Positions 40,950 to 52,501 are shown, counted from the first letter of the stretch. The stretch: DNA of 64,000 nucleotides from an uncultured Planctomycetota bacterium (GCA_963737655.1 CAVTTN010000002.1:608001-672000), one strand, 5' to 3'. Notes: generated from the letters alone by a model not told the origin. Made by a program: numbers and translations.

Positions 40950-43769
40950 TCACCAGAACGCCCCGATGAAGAAGGTGAAGACCTTCGTGTGGTCGTCCGG
41001 CCCCTTGGCCACGGGGAAGGCCAGGTCGAACGCGAGGGGCAGGGGGCCGAACATCTGCTGGGGCAGATAGATCCGCAGGCCCGTTCCCACCGCGGCGCGG
41101 AACGTGGTGAAGCTGTACCCGGGCTCGACCGTCCCGAAGTCGCAGAACACCACCTGCTGGAGCTTGTCGCTGGCGATCCAGGGGAACTGGTACTCGACCG
41201 AGCCGATCGCCGTCATCAGGCCGCCGACGTTCACCCCGAGCTCGTGGGGGCCGACGCCGCGATAGCTGAAACCTCGCATGCTGCGGAAATCGCCGGCATA
41301 GAACCGTTCATAGATCGGAGTGTCGCGGCCGGTGACGCCGTAGAAGCCTCGGAGGGTCACGAATCGCTTGCCCGATCCGTCCGGCCGGCTCCCCAACGTG
41401 ATGTATTGCCGGCCTTCCACCGTGATCTTCGGGAACGTGAAGTTCCCCCAGCCCTGCTCGAAGGCGAATTCCAGGTACTGGCCGGCCGTCGAGGCGAACG
41501 GGTCGTTCCGGTTGTCGAATCGCAGGGTCGGGCGGATCGTCGCCAGGGTCGTGTGGCCGTTGACCGCCAGCAAGTCGGCCGGCGCGGGGTAGTTGAAGCC
41601 GTGGACGTTCACGTCCTCGATCCGGAACGCCACGTCGGCATAGGTCCTCGTGCCGAACTGGCGGCCCAGCGAGAACCGGCCGCCGGCGCGATCCTCGGTC
41701 CAGTCGGTGTAGAACCGACGGAAGGTGTAGGCCGACATCCCCAGGCCGATCGGCAGGTTGAAGAGGTACGGGTTGCGGAAGGTGATCTGGGCCCGGTTGA
41801 TCTGGGTGCCGGGGGACAGCTCGATCCGCAAATCCTGCCCGGCCCCTCGGAAGGCGCCCCCGCTGAAGAGGTCGCGGAACGACTTGGGGACGGCCTTGTA
41901 GTCGAAATTCCCCTCGTGGAGGATGAAGTTCGCGAACAGGCCGCCGTAGCTGGACGCCCCCACGCCGAACATGAACTGGCCGGTGGCCGTCTCATCCACG
42001 CTGGTCACGATGTCGGCGAACGAGCGATTGGCGAATGGCTCCTGGCGATCGGGGCCGACGTCCGTGGCGTTCATCCCGGGGATGCTGGGGAACGTGCCCG
42101 GGGGCTCGCGATTGCCCAGGGGGGGCGTGCGGTCGGCCGGGGCATTCGGGTTGAAGGGGCCGACACCGGCCGGAGGCGCGGCGGGAGCGGCCCCCGGCGC
42201 GGCCCCGAGGGGAGGAGGGCCGGGGGCGTCGATCGCCGGGATCTGGAAGTCGGGCGGAGGCTCGGCGATCGGCGCGAGGCTCGCCGGGCCGTCTCCCAGG
42301 GCCGGGCCTTCGGGCGCCTGCCGGGCCACCCTCGCCGCCGGCCTGTCGTCGCCGGAGGGGTTCTGGAGCCGCGTCCTCAAGACGTCGTTGTCGGCGAACT
42401 GCGCCTGGACCCCGCCTCCATACGGCTCGGCCCCGGACCTCTGGTTGATGATGTCGATCGTCAGGGGCTTGCCCATCTGGGGGTCCATCGCGAAGTAGCG
42501 GAGGTTCCCCAGCCTCTTCTTGAAGATGTCGATCCGGTTCGAGTCCAGGGGCTGGCCCGGGATCAGGCCGGCCATGACCGCCTCTCGGCGGATCACCCGG
42601 TCCTGGGTCCGGCCGTTCCCCTTGATGATGATCCGGCCGAGGGTATACGGAGCCCCTTCCTCGATCGTGTAGACCAGATCGATCTTGCCCGGGAACTCGG
42701 TTTGGTCGAGGTACTCGTGCTGGACTACCACGTTCGCCGCGATGCAACCGATGGCGCCGTACTTCGACTTGACGAGCTTCTCGTCCACCTCGCGGAGGCT
42801 CTCGCTGAACGGGGCGTCCTTCTGGAGCTTCATGCCCTCCATCAGCTTCTCGGTCTTGAGCTGCTCGTTCCCGGAGAAGCGGATCGAGCGCACCTTGTAC
42901 TGCACGCCTTCCCAGATCACGAAGGTGACGGTCCGGGAGCCGACGTCGGCCCCGGGACGGACGACCGGCGTGACCTTGGCCTCCAGGAAGCCCTGGCCCT
43001 CGTAGTACTCCAGCAACTTCTTGCGGTCGTCGGCCAGCTCCTCGGGGCTGAACTTCTTGGGGACGAGGCCCATCAACCTCGGGCCGCTCTGGACCTTGGT
43101 CTCCAGGACGCCGTCGGAGATGAAGTCGTTGCCCTCGAAGGTCACGGCCGTGACCCGGCACTTCGGGCCTTCGAAGATCTCGTAGATCGCCTTGCGGCTG
43201 TTCGGCTTGCTGCCTTCGATCAGGCGGACCTGGGCCAGGTCGTAGCCCTTCTCCTCGTACATCCTCTGGATCGACTGGGCGGCCAGGAGCGACTTGACGT
43301 GGTCGGCCCGGGCGCCCTTCTTGATCCCGGTGTTCTGCTCGACGTCCTTGACCTTGAGCTTGGTCATCCCGCGGAACTCGACCTCGCGGAGGATCGGGGC
43401 CTCCTGGACGGTGAAGATCAGCTTCACGCCCGAGTGGTCGGGATCGGGCTTGGTGAACGGGCGGATGTCGCTGAACCAGCCCTTCTTGGTCAGGGCCTGG
43501 AGGTCGTCCTCGACGACCAGGGGGTCGAAGTCGCGCCCGACCTTGGACTTCAAGAGGGCGAGGACCGCCTCCTCCTTGACCGTCTCCAGGCCCTCGAACG
43601 TAATCTGAGTGATCGGCCCGGTGGGCGGACCTTTGGGCCGGAGCGGGGCCTGGGCGCGGACGGCCTGGATCGGCGAGCCGACGGCCACCACCAGCGCGAG
43701 GGCCGCGATCGCGGCGATCGGCCGGGCGAGCCATCGTCCCGCCGGGGCCATCCTGGCCGCCGTCGGCAT
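40950..43769 (-). CDS. bamA: Outer membrane protein assembly factor BamA/Omp85
   Basis: POTRA repeats (ITFEGL, VEFRGM, VTFEGN, IRFSGN, IIIKGNGRTQDRVIRRE), ERFYAG...MRGF, GTGLRI, C-terminal FFIGAFW. Start is one of 43790/43769/43751. Confidence 0.92.
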   Translation of the reverse strand: MPTAARMAPAGRWLARPIAAIAALALVVAVGSPIQAVRAQAPLRPKGPPTGPITQITFEGLETVKEEAVLALLKSKVGRDFDPLVVEDDLQALTKKGWFSDIRPFTKPDPDHSGVKLIFTVQEAPILREVEFRGMTKLKVKDVEQNTGIKKGARADHVKSLLAAQSIQRMYEEKGYDLAQVRLIEGSKPNSRKAIYEIFEGPKCRVTAVTFEGNDFISDGVLETKVQSGPRLMGLVPKKFSPEELADDRKKLLEYYEGQGFLEAKVTPVVRPGADVGSRTVTFVIWEGVQYKVRSIRFSGNEQLKTEKLMEGMKLQKDAPFSESLREVDEKLVKSKYGAIGCIAANVVVQHEYLDQTEFPGKIDLVYTIEEGAPYTLGRIIIKGNGRTQDRVIRREAVMAGLIPGQPLDSNRIDIFKKRLGNLRYFAMDPQMGKPLTIDIINQRSGAEPYGGGVQAQFADNDVLRTRLQNPSGDDRPAARVARQAPEGPALGDGPASLAPIAEPPPDFQIPAIDAPGPPPLGAAPGAAPAAPPAGVGPFNPNAPADRTPPLGNREPPGTFPSIPGMNATDVGPDRQEPFANRSFADIVTSVDETATGQFMFGVGASSYGGLFANFILHEGNFDYKAVPKSFRDLFSGGAFRGAGQDLRIELSPGTQINRAQITFRNPYLFNLPIGLGMSAYTFRRFYTDWTEDRAGGRFSLGRQFGTRTYADVAFRIEDVNVHGFNYPAPADLLAVNGHTTLATIRPTLRFDNRNDPFASTAGQYLEFAFEQGWGNFTFPKITVEGRQYITLGSRPDGSGKRFVTLRGFYGVTGRDTPIYERFYAGDFRSMRGFSYRGVGPHELGVNVGGLMTAIGSVEYQFPWIASDKLQQVVFCDFGTVEPGYSFTTFRAAVGTGLRIYLPQQMFGPLPLAFDLAFPVAKGPDDHTKVFTFFIGAFW

Positions 43770-44088
43770 GTCCAGTCCTGATCGTGCCATGGGGGGTCCG
43801 TCCCGAACGAAGGGGCCCCGCGCGAGCGGCGGCCTCGACCGCTCGCCCCGAAGGGCGAACAAGGGCGGGGGCCTCGCCGAGGGCGGGCGCGGGGCAACGT
43901 CTCCGATCGACGAAACCCCCGTCCCTGGGGGAGTCGCCGCGAGGCCCACGTGATAGGTGCGGGCCTTGTACCGGAGATAAAGGGACCGTGCAAGTCCGGA
44001 TGTTCCCGACTCCGGACCCGCAACGTCACTTCCCGCGCGCGCTCGGCCGCCGAGCCAACGCTAGGGCTCCGGTTCCCGGACGCGGCGG

Positions 44089-45102
44089 TCAGCGAGGCAC
44101 GGTCGCTACCCCGACGTTCTGCGGGGGGCGAGCCGGCTCGGCCCGGTCCGCGGCCTGGTGGCCCCGGGCGATCCCCACGGCGATCCGCCGGACCGCCTCG
44201 CGAAGAGTCGCCGGGCCGAGGACCTCCGCCTCCCCCGCCAGGGCCAGGACCCGGCCGATCATCGCGCGTTCGTCGGTGAGCGGGACCGTCAGGAGGTAGG
44301 CCGAATCCCCGGAATCCTCCAGGCGCTGCAAGGGATGCCACGGGGCATCGCGGAGGTCCTGCGCGACCCGGGCGGAGACCCGCAACCGGGCCTCGCCCAG
44401 AGGCCGGGACCGGACCGAGGCCGGACCCGTCGCCGGGGCGGCCGGCTCCTCCAGGATCGACGCGCGGAGGATCGTCGCGATCCGGAACGAGGCGGTCCGG
44501 CGATGGTGGCTCGAACGGCCGACGAGGACCGGGCCGGCCCCGTCGAGTTTCAGGGCCGTCGGGCTGACCTTGGTGACCCGGCACTCCGGGTCGTCCGGGT
44601 CATCGACCTCCAGACGGACCTGAACCTGTCGAGCCACGGCCTGGACCACGGCCGCGAAGACGGCCGATCGCCCCGAATCCGAACCGCCCCGGGCCGGCCC
44701 CTCCACCTTCTGGGCCAGGGCCAGGGCCTTGCGGCGAAGCTCCTCGGGCAGGCCGAGGCAGACCTTCTCCACGGCCCCCCGGGCCCGGTCCGCCCAGGCC
44801 GCTTCGGGGCCTCTCCACGACCGGGACGAGGCCAGGACCAGCGCCAGGGCCTCGTCTTCTTCAAGCCGGGGAGGGTCGAGGAAGAACCCCGGCCCGAGCT
44901 CGTACCCCTGGCGGTCGGCGCGGAACTCGACCGGAACCCCCGCCATCGCCAGGGCGCCCAGGTCTCGATAGATCGTCCGGCGGCTGACCTCACACCCCCG
45001 GGCCAGCTCCCCGGCGTCGGGAAATCGGCCGGATCGGAGTCGCACGATGATCTGAATCAGCCGGGCCAGCTGCGACCGGCACGACGGAGCCTGTCCCTTC
45101 AC
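44089..45102 (-). CDS. HTH-WYL domain transcriptional regulator (YafY/PafB-like)
   Basis: ELARGCEVSRRTIYRDL, GYEL, KVSPTAL, SFRIATI, WHPLQRL, AEVLGPATLRE; GGAGG RBS. Confidence 0.85.
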   Translation of the reverse strand: MKGQAPSCRSQLARLIQIIVRLRSGRFPDAGELARGCEVSRRTIYRDLGALAMAGVPVEFRADRQGYELGPGFFLDPPRLEEDEALALVLASSRSWRGPEAAWADRARGAVEKVCLGLPEELRRKALALAQKVEGPARGGSDSGRSAVFAAVVQAVARQVQVRLEVDDPDDPECRVTKVSPTALKLDGAGPVLVGRSSHHRRTASFRIATILRASILEEPAAPATGPASVRSRPLGEARLRVSARVAQDLRDAPWHPLQRLEDSGDSAYLLTVPLTDERAMIGRVLALAGEAEVLGPATLREAVRRIAVGIARGHQAADRAEPARPPQNVGVATVPR

Positions 45103-45258
45103 GACGAACCTCCCGCGGTCCCGACACCCCGATCCCAACCTAAGGCGCCGGAGACGATCCGCGAACGACTCATCGCCCCGCCCGTTCGATTTTCGCGGCG
45201 ACGGCCACCGTAAGGCCGATCCCCCGACCGACTTCCCCCGTTTTCGGGGACCGATGGG

Positions 45259-45287
45259 TTGACAATCGGGGGCCTGTCCGCTATCCT
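45259..45287 (+). promoter_or_regulatory. sigma70 promoter of tRNA-Phe
   Basis: TTGACA-17 nt-TATCCT, 17 nt before the tRNA. Confidence 0.7.
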
Positions 45288-45304
45288 CACATTCGTTCAT
45301 GCGA

Positions 45305-45377
<73 letters not shown>

Positions 45378-45392
45378 TTGCCCGTCTCGCGC

Positions 45393-46991
45393 TCATTTCT
45401 TCGCGTCGTCCGCATCCTCGTCCATCGACCCGGGCAAGACGCGGTCTCTCGCCTTGTAGAGCGGGAGGTAGCGGTAGTAGACCTCCAGCGTGAGCAGGGA
45501 CATGGCCGTGGTGTAGTGCCGACCGGCCTCGCCCCCCCAGCGATCGGTCTTCGGCTTGTTCGGGTCCCAACTGCCCCGGTCGCAGCCCCGTCCGCCGACC
45601 TGGATGCTGATCAATCCGTTGCGAATCCTCGGGTTCCACTCCTTCCACGCGAGGTTCTGCATGTTGTGGAGGAGCTGGGTGGCGTAGTACCAGTAATAGA
45701 TGTTCCGCTCCTCGTCCTTGAGGAGGTGGTTCGAGACCGCCTTCACGCCGGCCGAGAGCTCGGGCATCTCGCGGGGCCAGCCGAGGTACTGCCGAACCAA
45801 AAGGGCCTCGGCGCTCATCACCGGGGACTTGGCCCCGCCGGGCTGATAGCCATACGACCCCTTCTTCGTGTCGGTGGCGGCCTTGTCCAGGTAGGTTGAC
45901 GCCTTCTTGAAGACCTCCCCGGGCACCTTCAGGCCCGAGAGCTGCGCGCTTCGCAGCGCGAGCATGGCCCAGCCGAAGACGCTGGTGTCTCCCTGCTCCA
46001 TGGGGTTGTAGCGCCAGCCTCCGTCGTCGGGGCTCTGGCAGCGGACGAGGAAGTTCACGGCCTTCTGCGCCGGATCGTGGAGCCGGTCCTCGTGGGTCAG
46101 GCCGTAGGCTTCGCAGAGCGTCATCGTCCCGATGGCGTGGGAATAGATCCGGGTGTTCGAGCCGCCTCCGGTGAAGAGTTCGCCGTCCTCTTTCTGGACG
46201 TTCAGGAGCCAGTCGAGGCCGCGCTTGACCGTCGCCTGGTATCGGCCCGGAGTGATGTGGTTCTGCCCGGCGCCGAGCATGGGGAGCAGGGCCAACCCGG
46301 TGGCGGCGACGTCGGATTCGGCGTGGCCGCTCTGAGGGCATCCCGAGCCCTTGCACTGCGGGTGATGGTCCAGGCTCCAACTGCCGTCCTTTCGCTGATG
46401 GCGGGCGAGCCAGTCCAGCCCGAGCTCCACGGCCTTCTCGGATTCGACCGTCCCGCCCTCGCGGCGGACGAGCTTCGCCCTCTCGGCGCTCGAACGGCCC
46501 GAGAACGGGACGGCCGGCTCGGCGATCTTGAGGTTCCCCGGCCCGAGGGACTTCTTGAGCGACGCTTCGGCCGAGGCGATCGGGGGAGGGGCGAGGATTC
46601 CGCTCCCGTCACCGATCGGCAGGAACGACTCGGGGACGGCGAAGATTTCGGACTTCTCGTCCGGATGGGCCGAGAACGAAGGCGGCTCGGGCGTCTGGGC
46701 CGTGGTGAACGTGTCGCCGGCCTTCTCGGCGGGCGCGGCGGCGATCACGTCCTCGACGAGCTGGTTCGCGGGCAGCGAGGTATCGAACTTCGGCCCCTGC
46801 AAGCGGCCGTCGTCGGTGGCCACATACACGAACACCCCGAGAACGACGAGCAGGGCCGAATGGAATACCAGGCTCACGCCCCACGGAGTCAGCCACCGCA
46901 GCCACTCGGGCGTGTCCCGATCGAGCCGGCGGAGGAACCGGCGGACCCGATATCGGACGACCCGGAGCGCTCGCGGACCTCGGCGTCTCAT
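45393..46991 (-). CDS. Prenyltransferase/squalene oxidase repeat protein with N-terminal membrane anchor
   Basis: WGVSLVFH, GLDWLARHQRKDGSW, ATGLALL..LGAG, YSHAIGT, GGWRY, YYWYYATQ, RGSWDP, LTLEVYYRYLPLY. Confidence 0.88.
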   Translation of the reverse strand: MRRRGPRALRVVRYRVRRFLRRLDRDTPEWLRWLTPWGVSLVFHSALLVVLGVFVYVATDDGRLQGPKFDTSLPANQLVEDVIAAAPAEKAGDTFTTAQTPEPPSFSAHPDEKSEIFAVPESFLPIGDGSGILAPPPIASAEASLKKSLGPGNLKIAEPAVPFSGRSSAERAKLVRREGGTVESEKAVELGLDWLARHQRKDGSWSLDHHPQCKGSGCPQSGHAESDVAATGLALLPMLGAGQNHITPGRYQATVKRGLDWLLNVQKEDGELFTGGGSNTRIYSHAIGTMTLCEAYGLTHEDRLHDPAQKAVNFLVRCQSPDDGGWRYNPMEQGDTSVFGWAMLALRSAQLSGLKVPGEVFKKASTYLDKAATDTKKGSYGYQPGGAKSPVMSAEALLVRQYLGWPREMPELSAGVKAVSNHLLKDEERNIYYWYYATQLLHNMQNLAWKEWNPRIRNGLISIQVGGRGCDRGSWDPNKPKTDRWGGEAGRHYTTAMSLLTLEVYYRYLPLYKARDRVLPGSMDEDADDAKK

Positions 46992-47098
46992 GAGGCAAAC
47001 CCCGTCGGAAAGGGACGTGGACGGGTGGAACCTGCATCCATCATACGAGATCGGCGCCGGGAATCCACCGGGGAACGGCGAGTCTCCGTCGATCGCAC

Positions 47099-49787
47099 TC
47101 AGGCATTCGGGTCGATCCGCTCGACCTCCGCGAAACCCAGCCGTTCCAGGGGCCCGGCCACCGTCTCGGCGTCGGCGACGACGACCGCGAGGAACGATTC
47201 GGGCCGGATGTGCCGGCTCGCGGCCTCGACCATGGAAGAAATGGTCACGGCCGAGAGCCTCTCGGCCAGGTGGGCGTGATCGTCGGGCGGGAGGTCGTGG
47301 AGGAAGAGGCCGGCGTATCGCGAGACCAAAGCGCCGGGGGTCTCGAAGTGGCGGGCCTGGCCTTCGATCAGGGCCCTTCGGGCGTCGTCGAGCCTCGGTG
47401 GGGGTCGGGGGCCGGTCGTTCAGCAGGGCCTCGGCCTCGGCGACGAGGTCCGCGATCGCCTCGGCCAGCCGGTCGGCCTGCAAGGAGGCCGCGATCGAGA
47501 ACGGCCCGGGGCCTCTCCGGGAGTCGAAGCTGGAGCGGATCCCGTAGGTGAAGCCCTTTTCCTCGCGGAGCTTGGCGTTCAACCGCGACGTGAACATGCC
47601 GCCGAGGATCTGATTGAACAGCATCAGGGCGTCGTGGTCCTCGTGACGCCGAGGAGGGCCGGCGTGCCCCACGCGGACGACCGCCTGAGGGGCCCCGGGC
47701 CGGTCGATCAGGAGGAGCCTCCGGCCGTCGCGGCGAGGCGCCTCGGGGACGGCCGGAGGCGGTCCTCCCGCCTCGGACCAGCCGGAGAGCCGGGCTTCGA
47801 GCGAGTCGGCCAGGCGATCGGGATCGACGTCGCCGGCCACGACGAACGCGGCGCGGTCGGGCCGGTACTGGCTCCGGTGGAACCGCTTGAGGTCGTCTCG
47901 CGAGAGCTTCGCGACCGTCGATTCGTCGCCATCGACGGGCGTTCGATAGGGGTGATCGGCGCCGTAGACGGCCCGGATCAACCCCCGATACGCCAGGGAG
48001 TCGGCGCTGTCGCGCTCGGCCTTCAAGGAGGCGAGCGTCTGGCCCATAATCCGGGCGAACTCGGGCTCCGGGAACGTGGGTCGCAAGAGGATTTCGACGG
48101 CGAGTTCGAGGGAGCGGTCGAGGTGGGGCGACAGGCACTGGAGGGTCACGTACGAGCCGTCCCAGCCGCAGTTGGTCGAGAGGTTCGTGCCCATGTTCTC
48201 GGCGGCGAGGGCGAGGTCGGCGGCGGAGAAGTGTTCGGTGCCCTCGTCCATCATGTTGGCGGTCAGGCTGGCGAGCCCGGCCGAATCCGGGCCGTGGGCC
48301 GAGGCGCCGGCGGTCACCACGGCCGAGGCCGCGACGATCGGCAGGTCTCGGCGGGGGATGATCCACAGCGAGGCCCCGTTCTTCAGCGTCCGGATCTCGG
48401 GCCTCGGCGCGAGGAAGGCCGAGGCGGGCGCCGGCCCGGGGCGGATCGAGCGATCCACGGGCGGGGCCGTCGATCTCGCCTTCCGGCCGAGGACCGAGAC
48501 CTCGACCCGGGGCTTCCGCCCGGTGTCCGAAGGCCCGGCGTGGATCTGCCGGGCGGCCGTGAGGACGTCGGCGGCGGAGACGTCCTGGAAGCGGAGGAAG
48601 TCCGTCGTGATCCGCCCCGGATCGCCGAGGAACGTGTTGTAGGCGTTCAGCCGATCGGCCACCCCGCCGAACCCGCCGACGTTGTCCAGGGCATACACGA
48701 ACCCGGCGAGCCGGCCATTGCGGACGCGCTCCAGCTCGTCCTCGGTCACCCCTCGTTCGGAGATGTCGGCGAGCTCGGCGTCGAGGAGGTCGCGGGCCTC
48801 GTCGATCGATCGGCCGGGCCGGAGGGTCGCGACGAGTCCGAACGTCCCGGCGAGCTCTCGGGAGGCGTGATAGGCCGTCACGTCCTGGGCGATCTGGCGA
48901 TCCATCACCAGGGACCGGAACAGGCGGCTCGAACGCCCCCGGGCCAGGACGTCGGCCAGGAGGGCCAGGGGGGCGTCCATCGGGTCGAACTGGGGGACCG
49001 TCGGCCAGCAGAGGTAGAGCCGATCGAGCTCGACGCGGTCGCGGATCGTCAGCACGCGATCGGCGGTCAACAGGGGCTCGCCGGGCTGGGACCAGGCGAC
49101 GGGCAGGGCCTTCGTCCCGCCGGGGATCGGGCCGAAGTACTTCTCCGCCAGGGAGAAGGCGTGGTCCTCGTCGATGTCGCCGACGAGGGCGAGGCTGGCG
49201 TTGCCCGGGACGTAATATCGGCCGAAGAACGCCTCGATGTCGTCGCGAGAGGCCCGCTCGACGTCTTCCATCGCGCCGATGGTCAGCCAGCTATAGGGAT
49301 GGTCGGGAGGATAGAGCGCCTCGGCCAGGATTTTCCAGACCTGTCCATAGGGCCGATTGGCGTAATTCTGGCGATATTCGTTCTTGACCACGTCCTTCTG
49401 GACGCGGATCTTCTCGTCGGAAAGGGCCGGGATCAGGTGGCCCATCCGGTCGCTCTCCATCGCCACGGCGAGCTCGACGTGGGCGGAGGGGAGATCGACG
49501 AAATAATTCGTGCGATCGGTGGAGGTCGAGCCGTTCACGCTCGCCCCGAGCCTCTGGAGGGGCTTGAAGAAGTCGCCCGGGTAGTGCTCGGAGCCCTCGA
49601 ACATGAGGTGCTCGAAGAGGTGGGCGAAACCTCTCTGGGTCCGTTCCTCGTTCTTGGAGCCGACGTGATACCAGAGGTTCACGGCGACGATCGGGAGCCT
49701 CCCGGAGCGGAGGGCCAGGACGTCGAGTCCGTTGCTCAGGGTGGTCTTGCGATACGGGAGGTCGGGCAGGCGAATGGAGGGGTTCAT
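47099..49787 (-). CDS. M16 family zinc metallopeptidase; apparent frameshift at about 47394
   Basis: LSNGL, WYHVGSKNE, FAHLFEHLMF (HxxEH), SRLNAKLREEKGFTYG. The true C-terminus is in ORF 47099..47329. Confidence 0.9.
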
Positions 49788-50097
49788 CCGGGTCTTCGGC
49801 GGGGCGAGGAGAGGAGGGGGACGGGACGATCGTCCCACCTTAACCGAACCCGGGGCCGGTTCGCCACGGAGGCGCGGACGGGTGCATCTCGTCCCCCGTC
49901 CACGCCTCCAACGAGTCATGAAGGACCCCTTTGACATCGGGGCCCCGGCGACGGGATAATGAGACGCTTCGATCGGACGAGTCTTCGGTCGTGCCCGTCG
50001 GTTCGTGGGGCCCTCGGCCCCGATCCCCCCAGCGTTCGGGCCGCGGCCGGGCCGGCAGGACGGTCGGCTCGGCGGCCATCGACATAAAGGCCGGCTC

Positions 50098-51249
50098 GTG
50101 AACTGGGAAGACGTGATCGTCGACGCCTCGGCCTCGGATACCGGGATGCGTCGGGCCAATAATCAGGACAGTTTCGCCGTGGTCCGGGCTTCCACCAAGG
50201 AGACCTGGGCCTCCCGGGGCCACCTCTTCATGGTCGCCGACGGCATGGGCGCGCACGCCGCCGGGGAGCTGGCCAGCAAGATGGCCTGCGACAATATCCC
50301 CCACAATTATCGCAAATCCAAGACCGGGACGCCGACCGAGAGCCTGATCAAGGCGTATCGCGAGGTCGGCGCCCAGATCCACGCCAAGGCCACGGCCAAT
50401 AAAGACTTCCACGGGATGGGGACGACCTGCTCGACGCTCGTCTTCCTGCCCGAAGGCGCCCTGATCGCCCACGTGGGGGACTCGCGGGTCTATCGGATCC
50501 GGGATGGCCGGATCGATCAGCTCTCGTTCGACCACAGCCTGGTCTGGGAGCTCGTCCGCCAGAGGCATCTGACGCTCGAACAGGCCGGCAAGAACGTGCC
50601 GAGGAACGTGATCACCCGGAGCCTCGGCCCCGACCCGACCGTCGAGGTGGACATCGAGGGGCCGTTGCCCCTGGTGCCGGGAGACGTCTTCCTGCTCTGT
50701 TCCGACGGCCTTTCGGGCCCGGTGACCGACCCCGAGATCGGCGCCCTGGCCGGGAACTTCCACCCCGAGGCCGCCGCCCGCTACCTGATCGGCCTGGCGA
50801 ACCTCCGGGGAGGGCAGGACAATATCACCTGCCTGATCTGCCGGATCGGCGAATGGGTCGAGCCCGGCTCCGCCCCGGCCGACGGCCCGGCCGACCCGAA
50901 GAAGGGCAAGCCCAAGGGCTCGCTCTTCTCCAGCCTCTTCGGGTCGATCAAGGGCCGATCGGCGCCCCCTCCGGTGGAAGAGCGCGTTTATCAGACCTTC
51001 CCCTGCCCGCTGGACGTCCCCCTCCTGGCGAAGATGGCCGACATCGTCCGCAACGCCCAGGCCAACGGCGTCGATCAGGCGTGGAAGGCGGACTGGGCCG
51101 AGCTCGCCGCCATCCGCAAGAAGGCCGAGGAATGCCGCCAGAGCGGGAACCTCCGAGGCGCCATCGGCCAGCTCGCCGAGGCCATCGACCTCCTCGGCCT
51201 GGCCGCCCGCAACCACAAGAAGGAGCACGGGCCGATCGGGGCGTCATAG
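50098..51249 (+). CDS. PP2C/PPM-family Ser/Thr protein phosphatase
   Basis: SDTGMRRANNQD, VADGMG, GMGTT, HVGDSRVY, NVITRSLG, LLCSDGL, GGQDNIT. Confidence 0.92.
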   Translation: MNWEDVIVDASASDTGMRRANNQDSFAVVRASTKETWASRGHLFMVADGMGAHAAGELASKMACDNIPHNYRKSKTGTPTESLIKAYREVGAQIHAKATANKDFHGMGTTCSTLVFLPEGALIAHVGDSRVYRIRDGRIDQLSFDHSLVWELVRQRHLTLEQAGKNVPRNVITRSLGPDPTVEVDIEGPLPLVPGDVFLLCSDGLSGPVTDPEIGALAGNFHPEAAARYLIGLANLRGGQDNITCLICRIGEWVEPGSAPADGPADPKKGKPKGSLFSSLFGSIKGRSAPPPVEERVYQTFPCPLDVPLLAKMADIVRNAQANGVDQAWKADWAELAAIRKKAEECRQSGNLRGAIGQLAEAIDLLGLAARNHKKEHGPIGAS

Positions 51250-51310
51250 AGTCCGATACCGGTCCGTTCCACCGAGTGCGCCCCTGCCGGCCGATCCTGC
51301 GGAACCTCCC

Positions 51311-52501
51311 ATGCCCGACTCGCCCCGACCTTCGGACGACACCCTCTGCGCCCGGCCGCCCGAACCCTCGGAATCGGCGTCGGTTCCGCTGTCGCCGCCG
51401 ATCCACCTGAGCGCCGTCTACCGGATCCGCGGGCTGGACCAGATCGACGCGCTTTACGAAGGGCGGGAGCCGGGCTTCACCTATCGGAGGGACGGCGACG
51501 TCAACTCCGACCTCCTCGCGCAAAAGCTCGCCGAGCTGGAGAGGGCCGAGGCCGCCCTCGTGTGCGCCTCGGGGATGGGGGCCGAGGCCGCGCTGTTCCT
51601 CGCCGGGCTGGACGGCGGCGATGAGATATTGCTCTCCCACGAACTTTACGGCAAGACGGGCGTCCTGGTCGCCCGCGAACTGTCCCGGTTCGGCGTGACC
51701 CATCGGTCCTTCGACGCCACCCGGCCCGAGACGCTCCGCGAGGTCCTCTCGCCGAAGACGCGGATGGTGTTCGTCGAGACGATCTCGAACCCTCTGGTGA
51801 GGGTGGCCGACCTGCCCGGCCTGGCCGAGGTCGCGGGATCGGCCGGGGTGCCTCTGGCCGTCGATAACACCTTCTCTCCCCTGATCTGCCGGCCGATCGA
51901 GCTCGGGGCCTCGGCCGTGACGCACTCCTTGACGAAGCTGATCGGCGGCCACAGCGATCTGATCCTCGGCCTGCTCGCCGGATCAAGAGCCCTGATCGAC
52001 CGGGCCCGGGCGGTCTCCTCGGCGTTCGGGCTGATGGGCAACCCGTTTGAAAGCTGGCTGGCGATGCGAGGGGTGGCGAGCCTCGGATTGAGGTCCGCGA
52101 GGGCCTGCGCCTCGGCCCTGAGCGTCTCCGAGAGGCTGGCGGGCCATCCGGCCGTGACGACGGTCCACTATCCCGGTCTGGCGACCCATCTCGACCACGA
52201 CCGCGCGAAACGGCTCCTCCGAGGCGGATTCGGCACGATCGCGACGATCGACCTGGGCACCCGCGCGAGGGCCGACGCCTTCATCCGAGGGCTGACGCAC
52301 ATCCCCTTCGCCCCGAGCCTGGGGGACGCCACCACCACCCTGAGCCACCCGGCCACGACCAGCCACCGCAACCAATCGGCCGAGCAATGGGCCCGCCAGG
52401 GGATCACCCCCGGCCTCGTCCGCCTCTCCTTCGGCCTGGAGGACCCGGACGACCTCTACCGAGAGATGGCCGAGGCGCTCGGGCCTCTCGGCTCGAACTG
52501 A
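51311..52501 (+). CDS. Trans-sulfuration PLP enzyme (cystathionine gamma-synthase/lyase family)
   Basis: ASGMGA, ETISNP, VDNTF, HSLTKLIGGHSD, SLGD, HPATTSH, LVRLSFGLE. Confidence 0.9.
   Translation: MPDSPRPSDDTLCARPPEPSESASVPLSPPIHLSAVYRIRGLDQIDALYEGREPGFTYRRDGDVNSDLLAQKLAELERAEAALVCASGMGAEAALFLAGLDGGDEILLSHELYGKTGVLVARELSRFGVTHRSFDATRPETLREVLSPKTRMVFVETISNPLVRVADLPGLAEVAGSAGVPLAVDNTFSPLICRPIELGASAVTHSLTKLIGGHSDLILGLLAGSRALIDRARAVSSAFGLMGNPFESWLAMRGVASLGLRSARACASALSVSERLAGHPAVTTVHYPGLATHLDHDRAKRLLRGGFGTIATIDLGTRARADAFIRGLTHIPFAPSLGDATTTLSHPATTSHRNQSAEQWARQGITPGLVRLSFGLEDPDDLYREMAEALGPLGSN

Noticed and set aside
45393..50159. 1588-aa M16 peptidase-prenyltransferase fusion
   Set aside because: Produced by a one-base frameshift at about 47394. 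The proper M16 C-terminus ends at 47099 and the second gene has its own start at 46991.
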